Source of the DNA: the human T2T-CHM13v2.0 reference genome, Homo sapiens
DNA length: 64,000 nucleotides
Assembly (NCBI RefSeq): GCF_009914755.1
Contig: NC_060942.1
Strand: one strand, 5' to 3'
The position numbers were made by a program, and so were the translations under genes. Of the stretch, positions 39,630 through 52,790 are shown one piece after another. The notes beneath the pieces were generated by a model, which was not told the DNA's origin, did not search any database, and saw only the letters and a program-made list of their open reading frames with translations. Positions within the stretch are counted from its first letter, which is position 1. Every line of letters begins with the position of its first letter.

Positions 39630-40776
39630 GGTTGATTTGGAAAACAGATGTATGAAGTGAAAACCGTCAATAAGAATGGAACCAGAAATTCTAGCTCAGT
39701 GATTCTCAAGAACGGAATAGTGAGATAGTGGCCAAAAACTCAAATTGGAACTTTATCATTGCATGAGTGGGTTTTTATTCATAACATTTGTTTTGATATT
39801 TGATACACTTTGAAGGAGGAAATGAGATTTCGAGTCACATATAGGAAGCGTGTGTTAAAAAGAATTTGAGACACGATGTTGTAGCTACTTCATAATCTGC
39901 CTGGGCCTGGACCTATAATCACTGCCCCCTGCCTCTCATGCAGAGACCACAGTGTTACCCAGATAAGAATTTCAGAACATCTGGAAGGAAACCTGGGGCA
40001 GGCAATCTCAGTCACCAAGGTGCTTTAAACACTCCGAGGCAGATGTGGAGCTTGGCCTGAAATAGGTTTAATTCTTTGGTGCCGTTGAGGACTTTCTGGG
40101 GTGCTCACTTGGCCTGGGACTGCAGGGAACCCTGTAATTAGATGTTTGGGATCCTTGTGCTACTCCTGCCCTAGAAATGAAGTTGGCTGTAACCATCCTG
40201 GAAGGGCAGCCAGAAAGGTTCTCATTTGTTCTGCTGAGGGGTTGAACCTACTTAACAGTCCAGGGATTTCCTGTCTTGAGAGTAAAAAGGTGTAGCCACG
40301 CCAAGTATAATTAAACACTTACCCTCAGATGCTTTTCAGATTTTATTCACAACACCAACATGTGGTTTGTGTCCTGCTGGGAATTTAAGGTTATTGCACT
40401 GAAAAGGAGTGGGATTTTTTTTCTTCCCTGAAACCTCTTGCTTGTTTCTGAGCTGTATGGTTTTCAAGAGGAAGATCTGACTATCGAAATAACTTCTGAG
40501 ACACCGTATTTTCTCTCCTCCTGTTTCTTTTTTTACAAATTGAGAAACTCAAGATTTAAGGCTACAGATAGTTTGGTATTTCTTTCCAATTCTTCCAGAA
40601 GTCTGTCCACCCTTCTCTTCCATGGGCTTGTACTTCAGACTTATTAAGGAGTCGTAAACACCCCTTTCCTTCTAATACCTAAGATGAATAAATACACATT
40701 CATTGTCTATCCTTTACTCTAGACTTAAAGCATTTCAGACTATTGGACTTAAAGTATTTTTTGTTCTTATGCCTCT

Positions 40777-40998
40777 TATTTATTTATTTTAGTTGACAGA
40801 TAAAGATTACATATGTTTACTGTCTGTAACATGTTGCTTTGAAATAGGTATACATTGTGGAATGGCTAAATTGAGCTGATTGACATAGCATTGCCTGACA
40901 TCCTTTTGTTGTGGTGAGAACACTTAAACTCTACTCTCTTAGCAATGTTTAAAATAATACAATGCATCATTATTAACTATAGTCACCATGTTGTACAT
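40777..40998 (-). mobile_element. L1MA/MB 3' end fragment
   Basis: 'gtggtgagaacacttaaactctactctcttagcaat', 'ttattaactatagtcaccatgttgtac'. Confidence 0.8.
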
Positions 40999-41396
40999 AA
41001 AGTATTTCTGTTATATCTGTGTTTAATATTACCTTCTTCAAATTATGTTATCTGATCTTGGCTGGAAATAAATGCAATTTATTTATGTTAACCATAAATA
41101 CAGACCCATGTCTATAATAAATAAAAAAAATGGATCTCAGGAGAGCAAGAGAGGATGGAGAAGAAACAGGTAACAAATAAAGATGTGTGAATTGTAAACA
41201 AATGACACCAGAGTTGAAATGCAGAAATTTAGGGTTAAGTGAGACAAAAGAGGAATTTGTGTAAGTCAGGACAGGCTGGGTTATGCTGTGATAACAAACA
41301 GCCCCCTGATTTCAGTGCCTGAAAGCTGTGAGGGTTTCTTTCTAATGTATGGAAATTTCACGGTGGCCTGGGTGACTCTAGAGCAGACACCACCTA

Positions 41397-41605
41397 TGTC
41401 AGGAATCGGCCCAGGGGCCATCTGCCTCATGGCCTGCTTTTGTAAATATAGTTTTATTGGAACTGATGCTCCTTTGTTCATGCATTATCAGTGGCTGCCT
41501 TCACATTGCAATGGCAGAGTTGGTTGGTTGTGACAGAGACCAAATGACCCTAAAGCCCAAAACCTTCAGTGTCTGGCACTTTAAAGAAAGAGTGTGTGGT
41601 TCCTG
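41397..41605 (+). mobile_element. MER58A hAT MITE inside an old MLT1 fragment
   Basis: 'cttttgtaaatatagttttattggaac', 'gttgtgacagagacc', 'tctggcactttaaagaaag'. Confidence 0.75.
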
Positions 41606-42120
41606 CTCTGTGCCACCTGCATGCCACCCTCCCACCAGTACATCGTCCACGCTGCAGGGGCCAGCGGTGTGCTGTGCTGCAGGAGATGCATTGCTCTGCT
41701 CGCCTTCTAGCAGACATGCATGACCAAGGCCCAGTTTCAACTGTGTGGGGAGGCGACATCTTCACACATGCTGGCGGGAGAAGGAGAACTGGATTATCAG
41801 TGATCTAAAGGAATGGGAAGACCAGGGACTTGAGAAGTCAGGATTGGCTGCAAACCTCAGTGGAGGCCTTTTCGGGAGGCTTTGGGGTGTGGAGTTGAGA
41901 TTTTCAAAGATGAAGACTCCAGGGCCTTCGAGGGAATCTCATGAATTGTTACCCCTTGTTCCTACCCAATTTTTGATCCAGTGGAAGAGTGAGACGTGAC
42001 AGTCAGCTGACGGAGGATGAAAGGCCACCTATGTTACCCACAAAGCAGGTGCTGAAGAGTCCTCATACTGAGTCCTAGAACAGATCCACGCCCATCCTGA
42101 CTCAGGCCACACTGCATGGC

Positions 42121-42330
42121 AGGAGAGAGAGATAGAGAGAGGAGTAGAGAGAAGGAGGAGTAGAGAGAGGTAGAGAGAGAGCTAGAAATAAGGATATAGA
42201 GAGACAGGAAGACATAAAGAGAAAGAGACAGAGACATAGATAAAGATAGAAAAGAGATAGAGACATAGAGATAGAGAGACAGGGAGTTAGAGAAAGAGAT
42301 AGAGAAATGTAGAGAGAGAGAGCGCAGAGG
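42121..42330. repeat. GA-rich polypurine low-complexity tract
   Basis: ~210 bp of (GA)/(GATA)/(GACA)-type purine-biased sequence. Confidence 0.9.
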
Positions 42331-45300
42331 GAGATGGGGCTTCCTGGGTGAACAAGCAATAGGAATAGGTAAGCCTGACCCGGTGGGTTGGGAAGACCTG
42401 GCTGGGACAGGTGGGCTGAGGGTGCTTGTGCTTCACCTTCCCATCTGCTTTGCTCTCCCAGGTTCCTCACCCTGTAGGCTCTGCCAAGGCCTGAGTATGA
42501 TGCTGTGGGTGATTCACTGCCCAGAACGTCATGAGGGCCTGGGTCAGGACCAGCCTGGTAGGTTGAGAGGAAGCCTTCCTTGCTTCTGGGAGTCCTGGCT
42601 GGGAGGTGGCATGCAACCTTGGGGGAAACTGGGGGTCACTGGGCTGGGTTTTGCCATCTCCTCGTCTCTGGGCAAGCTAGCTGTGAAGAGTATGTTTTGG
42701 GGCTCTTCTTTCATCCATTTTGACAACAATCTTTAGGAAGATTGCTAAAATGTGTCCTGGTTAAAGCAGGATGTGTTTGCAGCCACACAATTTTAAACAT
42801 CTTAAAAAATTAGCCACAAGTCTATAGAAAACCTTTGCATTGATTGTTCCATTTGATATTTTTCAACTCAGAACATTAGAAAAAAGGGCAGGGCATCTTT
42901 CTTACAAAGGACAATGAGTGAAATTCCAGTTTCCCCCTTTGATAATAGCACTTGTCTTGTCAGTGTATATTCTTTTTGACTGTTTGCAAAACCACTTAGA
43001 GGGCCTTCGAGGATGCACAAATGGACATGGTCTTGGTGAAGTTCCCAAGTCTTGCACAATCCTATATACACTCCCACACAGAGTGTGTTGCTTGAAATGC
43101 CTGCTCACATGTGGCATTTAGAGAATATCTGAAGTAGTTTACATCCTTTTTGGCCTCGACAAAATCCATAATGCATTTTCCCAAGCACTTTGCCCCTTCG
43201 TTTTTCAAGTGATCTATTTTCTCAGGGAAATGCAATCCGTATGTTTCTGACTCCTTTACACTTCACTCATCAGACTGCTGCTTGCTAAGGCCTGCTGGCA
43301 TTCCAGAGACCTGAGGACACTGCCATGAACTTTGGGAGGTGTGGGGCACTCGGGGGCTGGTCTTAACACAGAGCTTAATCATCCACAGACAAACCAAGAC
43401 TCCTCTTCTCAATGTGTAAACTCAGAAATGTATTGTCTTGGACCAAACGAAATGTATCTATATTTCCCTAAGATTAGTGACAAATCTCTAAACCCTCATA
43501 AGGAGTTAATGAGAAAAACAGGGGTAAATTTCACCCCCTCCTGCCTCTCCACTTCCATTTCCCTTAGAATAATTCAAGTGCTCAGGGTTGGAAATAAATT
43601 TGGGGAGACAGATGACTTTAAGGAATTCTGACTTCAGTCAGATTATAAAGGCCCAAGCTGGTCTTGGGTTCAGCTGAAGTTGGGCTTCTGCCATCGGCAC
43701 CACTTTCCCTCTACTTGGGGAAGATGAATGTGCCTCATAAATGAAGAATAAACAAAACTTGATTACCTGGGAGCCAGCCCCTCACTGGGAACCCAGCCAG
43801 CCCCTGCACAGAGTTCCGATCTGGTTTGATAAGTAAAAGGCAAAACCTAGTAAAATACTCTGACATCAGAGATTTCTTTAAAACAAAACCTGCTTCCTTG
43901 CAGGGGTTGATGCCCATCCTTGGTCCACATGGTCCCCAGGTGTGCTGTAAATGCTGATCTATGACAAGCCTGCAATTTCAGAATGATTGCCCCCGGCTGC
44001 AGCAAGATCCTTCACCATCACAGAAAGACTCGATTTTCTTCAGTTCTATGGAGGGCAAATAAAAGCATGCATATATTTTAGACACGTCTTTCACATGGAA
44101 GATGGAAACAACCTGTATTTCCTGGTTAAAACAAACTTAATCCCCCAAATTCAAGTCACTATAACATACCACAGCCTCCAATATTTTTAAAATAGATAAT
44201 AAAAATCACTATTTATTGATGGCTTATTATGAGCCAAGAACTTCATGCACATTACCACCTTTAAGCCTTCCAGTCACTTCAAGAGTTGGTGTTATCTGCA
44301 TGGTACAGGTTGCAGCTCGTGATGGCGTAGTCAGTGAGCAGTGACCCAGGTTCAATGCTTAGACCATCCAGGGCTCACATCTACGTTCTTTCTTTCGCAC
44401 CCTGTGTCTCCCAAGATGCTTTTAGAGAGGTATGCGTTGCTTCATCTAAATTCTGCTTCTGTTGGCAAAGCAGGTCCAGGTTCTCTTTTCAGGTAACCAT
44501 GTCTCAATCTTCCTCTCCAGGTTAATCCAGGGTTACCCTGGACACCATGCTCAGCATAGAGGTTGGACTTTTGGGTGGATCCAAGAAGAAATGGTGGAGA
44601 AACTGTCACCACACTTTGAGAAGTTTGAAATTTCCCTTAGACTTTCCTAAAAAGTGATTTTGAAGAGGCAAGGGGTGGGGCCAGAAAGCAGGGCCCCCCC
44701 CAATTCTGGGAGCGAGGCACGGAAGGATGGCACATACACCCACCTGCTAGAGGAAGCCTCCAGCCCAATGCTACGTCGTCCGTCTGTCTGTAGATGGGAA
44801 ATAACCACTGCAGTTTCCCTGGGTGGCCCTAAGGGTTAAATGAGAGAGCGCCTGCCTATCACAGTGCTTACTTGTGGCCACTTGTTCTGTATTAGGTAAA
44901 TCTGGACCTGTAAACAGGTGAAATTTGACAAAGGACATGTGCTTATCATCATGGAGTGGCCATTGTGGCTTTTCAATATGGCAGTATTGACTGAGGCTGG
45001 TCTGTGGACTGGCTTCCGGACGCGATCCTTTTCCTTTCTTCCTGTGCTTGATTGACCTCCATAGTAGAATTATACTGAATTCAAACACATCCCACTGCTT
45101 ACAGTCTGAAACTACCCTGCAAAATCAAGCTGAGTCCATCTTGGGGCTGGTCCTCAGCCTTCATGCTGGTGGCCGGTCTGGAAGCCCTGGAAGGAAGCCT
45201 CTCCCTCCGGCTTCTAGGCCTGTTCCAGAAATAGATGCTCACGTACACATGCTCCAGAAACGCAGACCCGAAGACAATTTTTTCTGAAGACTCTTCAGCT

Positions 45301-46160
45301 TCCTAAAATGTGCCTGGGTTTTGAAAGAAGGTAAAGAGATGGTTTTAATCTTGGCCAAACTGAGGGAAATCGTCACAATGAGACCATGACTTATCAGTGC
45401 AATTGTTTATCAATAGTAAAATAACTCAAAGAAAAGTTCATGGCCAGTGTTAGGTGTGGGGTGCATACTTGGTAAGTGCTGACTGTGTGTTCACGCTTTT
45501 AAGAGGCCAGAGGCCTCCAGGTTTGCCCATCTGGGATTAGCATGAGCTGGCTTCCCTCGCTTGGGGGGAGCACTTCGGAGGCTGCAAAGCGTGCTCTCTT
45601 CCAGGCCTCATTACAGACTCACGAGGACTGGGTGAGGCCATATTATTATTCTTCTCTTCTAGAGGAGAAGGAAGAGGCTTGAAGGAGATTGTGAGTTGCC
45701 CAAACCAGTAACAGCAGTGGCAGAGCCATGGTGAGACAGCCACGATGGTCATTACCAGCAGCCACAAGAAGGGCAATATTTATCAAGCTGTTTCGTCTAG
45801 CCAGCACCATGGTGGGTCAGCCCTGTGAGGAAGAGCAGCATTCCCTGCAGACCAGGAGGCGGAGTGCAGGGTGGTGGGAATCTGCTCAGTGAGAGGCGGA
45901 GGTGGGGCTGGGAGCTGGGCTCCTTGCTCTCCACACCCCCACTCTGGACACCTGCCCCCAGTGTCTTAGCTTTCTCCCCATGGCCCTGTGAGTCTCTCTT
46001 CCTGCTGAGCCAAGGGCCCTGCAGAGGCTCTTTCCCATGTATTGGTGGCACATTCTGATGGCTACTTCCAGCTGGAGGACACCTACGAGGACGGAAAGTT
46101 GAAGCAACAAAAGGATTTTGACATTTCATTCTAACTGGGAGAGGCTGAACCAACAGATAG

Positions 46161-46162
<2 letters not shown>

Positions 46163-46202
<40 letters not shown>

Positions 46203-46208
46203 GAGAGA
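46163..46208. repeat. (GT)n(GA)n microsatellite
   Basis: Seen directly. Confidence 0.95.
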
Positions 46209-46363
46209 GTGGGAAAGAGACAGAGACTGAGTCTGCCATCCCCTAAGATCTCTGAACGTGTGTACTCTAGCAAGTGTGACTGTCTCAAAGCCTAGTTGTA
46301 GCTTCCATTGCCCAGCAGCCTTACAGATGACAAGAGCAGGCATGGTTTGAAGACATGAAAAGT

Positions 46364-46660
<297 letters not shown>

Positions 46661-49189
46661 GAAGACATGAAAAGCAACATGATCACCTCACTAGAGTGAA
46701 GAAATTAAATGGGAATTAAAATTCCCAGAACCTAGGACCCTGTTTTGTCAGCGAGAAAGTCCCACCTTAGCCCTGACTTCAAAATATGAATTGATTGATT
46801 GGTGTTTAGTTACAGGGCTCTTGTGCAGCGCTTTGATCTTCTTACAGGAGAAGAGTAACTTTCCACGATAAAAGATGACTTCTGATGACAAGAAAATCTA
46901 TCAGCTCCCATCGTGCTGAGCTCTCCATCCTCTGTCTGGCATTCTTGAGCACGGGCTTCCCGATGGGGTCCTTCAGAACTGAAAACCTGGGGAGACGTGT
47001 CTGGAAGACAAGGCCCGGGCAGCAGGAGGCAGGCAGCAATCCTCAGAGTCATTTTAATTTTCATTTGTAGCAAGCATAAGGTAAATGCATGGTCTTGTTA
47101 TCTCCAGCCATAGGTACTGATGTACACCGCACACAATCATGTTTTTCCACGTATTTGGGCGAGTTTGCGGCTGAGATGAAGAAAAGCAGGAAGGGCGGTG
47201 GGGAGGAGGAGGAGAGGAGATAAAAACACAACTTCTAAGGCTCCTTTAAATTGTACCGTCTTGAGCATAGAAAAGCCTGAATTATGTAAAAGCTGGCCAG
47301 ATGCCCACATCTGGCAACAGTCAGATTGTTTGGTAAGCAGGAGGTTCTCCCAGCAGCACGCAGAGCCGGGTCCACTCTGGAAAGAATGTGGAGTCTGTGA
47401 GAGGTTCTTGGGACCTGGCGGCCAGACGGCCCTGCCAGGTAGGAGGGCAGCGTATCTGGTCACTTGACCTCGTGTGCAGGTGAGATGAGTGACAAGCTCC
47501 CTGCCAGGCCTTTCTTAGAATGGTTCAACCCCAGGCTTGTTTCTGTGTGAACTAAAAACCATGCCTCTGCTGTGGTGTCAGACTTGGAAATCACATTTTT
47601 GTTCAGGTCTTCCAAAGGTTCTTAGGGGGAATGAGACCCTTTCTTGTGTTCTCCTGCTGCAACTTTAGTCCCCTGACTCCTATAGACTGCTACCTGCCAG
47701 TCCCGAAAGCCATGCCAGAGCAGCATCCCATGTAACCATTTTCTGTTTGCTGCTATTAGGCCCTGACACTTCTGGGGCTCATGGAGACCCTGAATCGGGG
47801 AACTGAGAGCCCAGCCACGCTTTGCTCCATGTGGGTTTTCCATGCTGGCTGTGTATCTTCCAAACAAGTACTAACCTGGCCTGGTTTCTGCAGTTCAGAC
47901 CTACCAAGCCAGTTGAGGTAAATGCAGAAATTAAAGTGTGCATTCTTTCCTTAGAGGAACAAAAGAAGAAAACACGTTAAGCAAACACCTCGGGAACTGT
48001 TTAACGCAAGCCCACGGCCTGGCATTGCATTCTGGGGCAGGATGGTAGTAGCCACAGGCAGGAACACACCACGCAGGCTGTGCCTGCGCATGGAGAAACC
48101 ATGGCTCTTTCAAAAAAAAAAAAAAGGTCTTGAGGCCTCTTTGCAAATCCAGCCCTGAAGTATCTGGTATGATTTAGATTTGTTCATAAAAAAACACAGT
48201 TGGTTTCTGTTAAGTCAACAGCATTTGAATTTCGGCTCAGATATTCAGTGCTAGCAAGATCCTTTATGATTTCTCTCTGTGCATGCTGCATTTTTCAATG
48301 TCTGGCCAGCTCTTCTGTTTTCTTCTTTCCATAGAGAGGAGCAGAGGAGAAAAGAAGAGAGAGGTGGGAGCTGCGAGAATACATATGTGAATCTTATCTT
48401 CACTGCTAATCACATACTTGCATGCTTAATGATTTAGCTACTATTTTAAAAGACATCCTCTGTATTTCCTCTTTCCTATGGTTACCATTTCCTATAAAAA
48501 GTGGTTTGGAAATTTGACTTAAGCTTTAACTCAGTGGACTTAACCCCACAGGGACAATTTTCAGTGTCTCAGTAGGAGATCTGGCCCCATTGGTGAGCCC
48601 CACAGCCAGCCCATCTCAGAGGAAGCCTCCTCAGGGACATGAGCCTGACAAATGTCGCCTGGGTAGGCAGCAGGATGCAGAAATGCAAGAGGCATTTGAC
48701 ACACAGTGGCCCACGTCTCCATTCTCCTGTGTCTCTGGATTATGGACATCTCTTAAAAACCGAATTCAGTTTAACCTTACATCTAGGAGTCTCAGAATCT
48801 TGCTCTAGAAAAGCTAGAAAAAAAAAACAATTTGGAAAGTCCATGAAGAGGACAGCCAGGCATGCAGCATTTGTTGCAGGCCAGTCTTCCTTGCAAATGG
48901 CATTGGTTGGGATTGGGGGTTACTGGGGGAGTTGAAATAATAATATAAATAATAAAAGTAACTCTTTCTGCTGGATACTTGCTTGAACTGAATACTGGTC
49001 TAGGTATAGCACATGGTTTGTCTCATTTGCCTCCAATCTTGGGAGACATTTTCTTAGACATCACTCTCAACCAGACAAAAGAGAAGTAACGCACTGTGTT
49101 AAGCCAGGACTGATCTGGGTGGTCCTCTGTATTTGCAAACTATGGGCCCGCAGAGGGGTTGGTGCAGATTCATAAGCCAAAAAAACAGT

Positions 49190-49410
49190 CATTAGAGCAT
49201 GAGCCTTAGAATGAGATGGAACTGGATTGGAATCTTGGCTCTGCCATTTATTAGCTATGAAACCCTGGGAAATCATTTAAACCTTATTTCCTCATTTATA
49301 AAATGGATAAAATATATCATGGGGTAGTATGAGGATCCATTGATAAAAAGCACATAAAATGCATAGTATGATGCTTGGCCAATAACAGGGGTAATGTCAT
49401 CACCATTATT
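49190..49410 (+). mobile_element. MIR
   Basis: 'aatcttggctctgccatttattagctatgaaaccctggg...tttcctcatttataaaatgg'. Confidence 0.75.
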
Positions 49411-50727
49411 ACTCCTAGGAAACATTATTAGGTGGTTTGAGCCATGAATAAATAGATTTTTCCAATATGGTCCTTAAAAAATAAAAAGAATCCAATTAGT
49501 CATCTAAAATCTGTCCTCCTCTAACCCTCAATCACAGACTTGGACTCTGACACTTGGCATCTTAAAAATGTGCTTGGTCTGCCCCGGGGGTGCCGGCTCC
49601 CTGGCAGAGCACACCTGGGGAGTAGGTGTTGAAAGTCACAATTTAGCATTTCAACTGCATCTTCCAGATAAAGCACAAAGAACACATACATTGAGGGCAC
49701 CTCAAACCAACACATGACCAGTAAGCTCAGAAATCACACTATGAAGGTGGAGTTTGACCTCACAAAGTTAAAACTGGGTCTTTGGCAGGAGTCCCTTGCA
49801 AAGCATGGGAAGAATTTCCTTTAAGGCAATCCACGATGGAGCTGTGGAAAAGAGGAGAAGGAAAGCACAAGACCAAAAGCTGAGCTGGGTGCTTATTTGG
49901 AATTTTCTCTAAAATAGAAGAATTCTGTTCAGTAAAATCTCTTCATGACTTTATAGTGTGACCTATTATTATGTAGAGTTTTTGAGCTTATGATGAAAGA
50001 TGTGTGCAGCCAAGAGGCAGTGTCAAGTCATTCCAATCTCCAGAGCGATAGTGACGGTAGAAATAATTTTATATTCCTTCTAAACTCATTGATTTTTGAG
50101 ATGTTGCTAAACATTGTGATGCAATGGTGTACACGAAAACCTTCAGGTTATCTTAGAAAAGCTTCTCCCAGATCCTCCAGGTTGGCTGTGAAGGAAGGGG
50201 CAGCGGTAGGTAGGTCTGAGGTTGATGCCTCCAAGATTCTCCTCTCCTTAGATAGGTCTCTCCTCATTGCTGTGGCCACATCGTGGCCTTAGGATATGTT
50301 ACCCGCCCTGACCTCTTCCTGGGGAATATGGACACAAATGCTTTTCTTAATTCCTAATGGTATGGGAGAGAACAGGGTGTAACATTTAAGAAGGCTGGAT
50401 TAAAAGTTTAGGTTTCATAGAAGAAAATCAAAGTGTAGAGACTAGCACATCACTGTCTCTGGAATTCCCTCCCTTCCAGAAGCCCAGCCAACCAACACAG
50501 GGGTGAGCAGCTTAACTTAGAGCCCCTGAAGGGCCCCCACATCACAATAGAGGAGCCCAAAATGTATGGAGTCATCCAACACACACAGGGGTTCAACATG
50601 TATCTATGCCTAAAAAGATATGGGCAGAGGGGTGGAGAATGTGGATTTCCTCCAGAGCTTCACAGTTTATTTATCAAACCATATAAGGAGCATTTCTTCT
50701 CTGGAGGAATTTAAATAAATGGACTGA

Positions 50728-51018
50728 AGCCCAGCATGGTGTCTCACACCTGTAACCCCAGCGCTTTGGGAAGCTGAGGTGGGAGGGTCACTTGAACTTT
50801 GAACTGAGGAGTTCAAGACCAGGCAACATAGTGAGACTGCATCTCAGCAAAAAATAAATAAAAAATTAGTGGGGCATAGTGGTGCGGGCCTGTAGTCCTA
50901 GCCTCTCAGGAGGCTGAGGCAGGAGAATTGCTTGAGCCCAGGAGGTCGAGGTTGCAGTGAGCCAAAATCATGCTACTGTACAGTCTGGGTGACAGAGTGA
51001 GACCCTGTCTCAGAAAAA
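50728..51018 (+). mobile_element. AluJ
   Basis: Diverged dimeric Alu with small indels. Confidence 0.9.
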
Positions 51019-51638
51019 GTGGGGGTTGAAAATTTTGCCATCAGCTATAATGTAAAAATTATTCTGTAGAGTCTGAATTAGGATGCAGATGACAAAGCAG
51101 TCCTGAGAGCCGGAGGCAGCTCAATTGGCCAGAAAACCAAATCAGGCCTCAGCTAGACCCTCATGAATCCACAATAGAGCTTTGTTCTTTGGCTGCCAGA
51201 GCCATGGAGATCTATTTCAATAATTAGTACCTTTAAAGAATGTCTGAGAAATGCCAGCAGCGAGTATTTTCCAAACAAAGAAGGCAAATTGCCTTAAGTC
51301 CCATGCAAAGGCGTTCAACTAATTTGAGCTTTTAATTGTTTGTACTTTTATGAAGTGAGTAAGTGTGGCATACATGGCCAATTATTCCCCAATGTTCATC
51401 CTCCCTTTTGTTCTCTTAGCAATAGGGCCTCCTGAGGTTTTTCAGGGCATATGGTTGCCCAGATAGTAACTACATTTCCCAGCATCCATGGAGCTGGGTG
51501 TGGCCAACAGGATGGGAGGGGGAGTGAAGTGTACAGACAGCAGGTCATTCCAGTCCTTCAAAGGAAGGGAGGGAAGCCCCAGTCAAGCAGGTTCCTTTCA
51601 GCCAACCTCGTCCATGCAGAAAGGAACGGCACGCAAGT

Positions 51639-52115
51639 TAGGGGCTCCTAACCTGGTTCCTTTGAGCATTCATGAACTTGGCTGGGAAAAATACATTTTT
51701 ACTTTCACGCTATCAAAAGTTCAGCATGTCTTTCATTCTTGGATGTAGGAAGTAGACTTCTATGATTTTAGCAGAACCTGTGACTTTTACCGCTAATAGA
51801 ATTAAGATAATTTCATAGTGTAATCCAGTTATTGCCAATATCCTGAAATGTTGTTTACACTCGTCATATTTTCAAGATTACAACTGCTGTTAGACATGCT
51901 GCAACACCTTGTTAATGTGCTGGTAAAGCAGCACATAAAATTAAACACGTAAGATTATACAGGAAATTAATCTCATTGAAATACGGTTATTAATGTTATT
52001 GGTTTCCTGTGTAATCTTATGAGTTTAACCTTATGCACTTAAAAGTATTATTCTGAAATCGGATCCATAGCCTTTTCCCAGCTGTTGAAGGGATCCATGG
52101 TACACACAGTCCTCC
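51639..52115 (+). mobile_element. Charlie4/MER80-like hAT fossil
   Basis: 'aggggctcctaacctgg...catgaacttggctgggaaaaatacat' to 'ttctgaaatcggatccatagc...gggatccatggtacac'. Confidence 0.65.
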
Positions 52116-52262
52116 CTTGCCCAGGAGACAGGAGAAGACAAGGTGAGGTGATCTGGGTAGCAGAGAATTTCACAATTACTACTTTGGGAAACTTTCTTAG
52201 CTTGTGCCCTGATAATACAGGGCACAGCTAAGCTTTCAAAGCTCTCCAACTAGCACAAGGTT

Positions 52263-52790
52263 TGTGTGAACATTGAGAAGGGTGGATACTGGGGCTTGGT
52301 TTGCTCAGCCATCATCCCATCTTCCTTCCAGCTGCAGAGCTTGGAAAGCTAAAAACGACATTTCTACTATGTCTTACAGCTGAGGTATGAGATGTGGATT
52401 ACATTCCATCGGATTATTGTACTGGTGGGAGATTTGTAGGAGAGAAGTGAGGTGGAGCTATTTTTCTGCTTCATTTTGGCTGTTTAACAGGAGCGATGTA
52501 GTAGAGATTAGATTGCATTTGTTTGCTGTGTGTTTGCCAAGTGGCACTTGCAGCGTTCTCGATCCAGCGTCCTGGGTCCTGGTCTCCCAGAGTTCATTGT
52601 GGTGCAGGCAGCAGAGCTCCAAGGGGCACCTCAGGGGCCCAAGCTCCTCTCTTTTGTCATTTCTGCCGCGTTCTAGAAGTTGCTCCTGGCTGACCAGCCA
52701 TGAACGCTTAGCCCTTGCAAGAGTTTTGTAGCCACCCAATTTCCTATGTTAAGTTCTTGCTGAAAATATCTGGTGTGGTTTCTGTGTGTT
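52263..52790 (+). mobile_element. Old ERVL-class LTR (LTR33-like)
   Basis: 'ctgcagagcttggaaagctaaaaac', 'gagttttgtagccacccaatttcctatgttaa', 'ctggtgtggtttctgt'. Confidence 0.55.
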
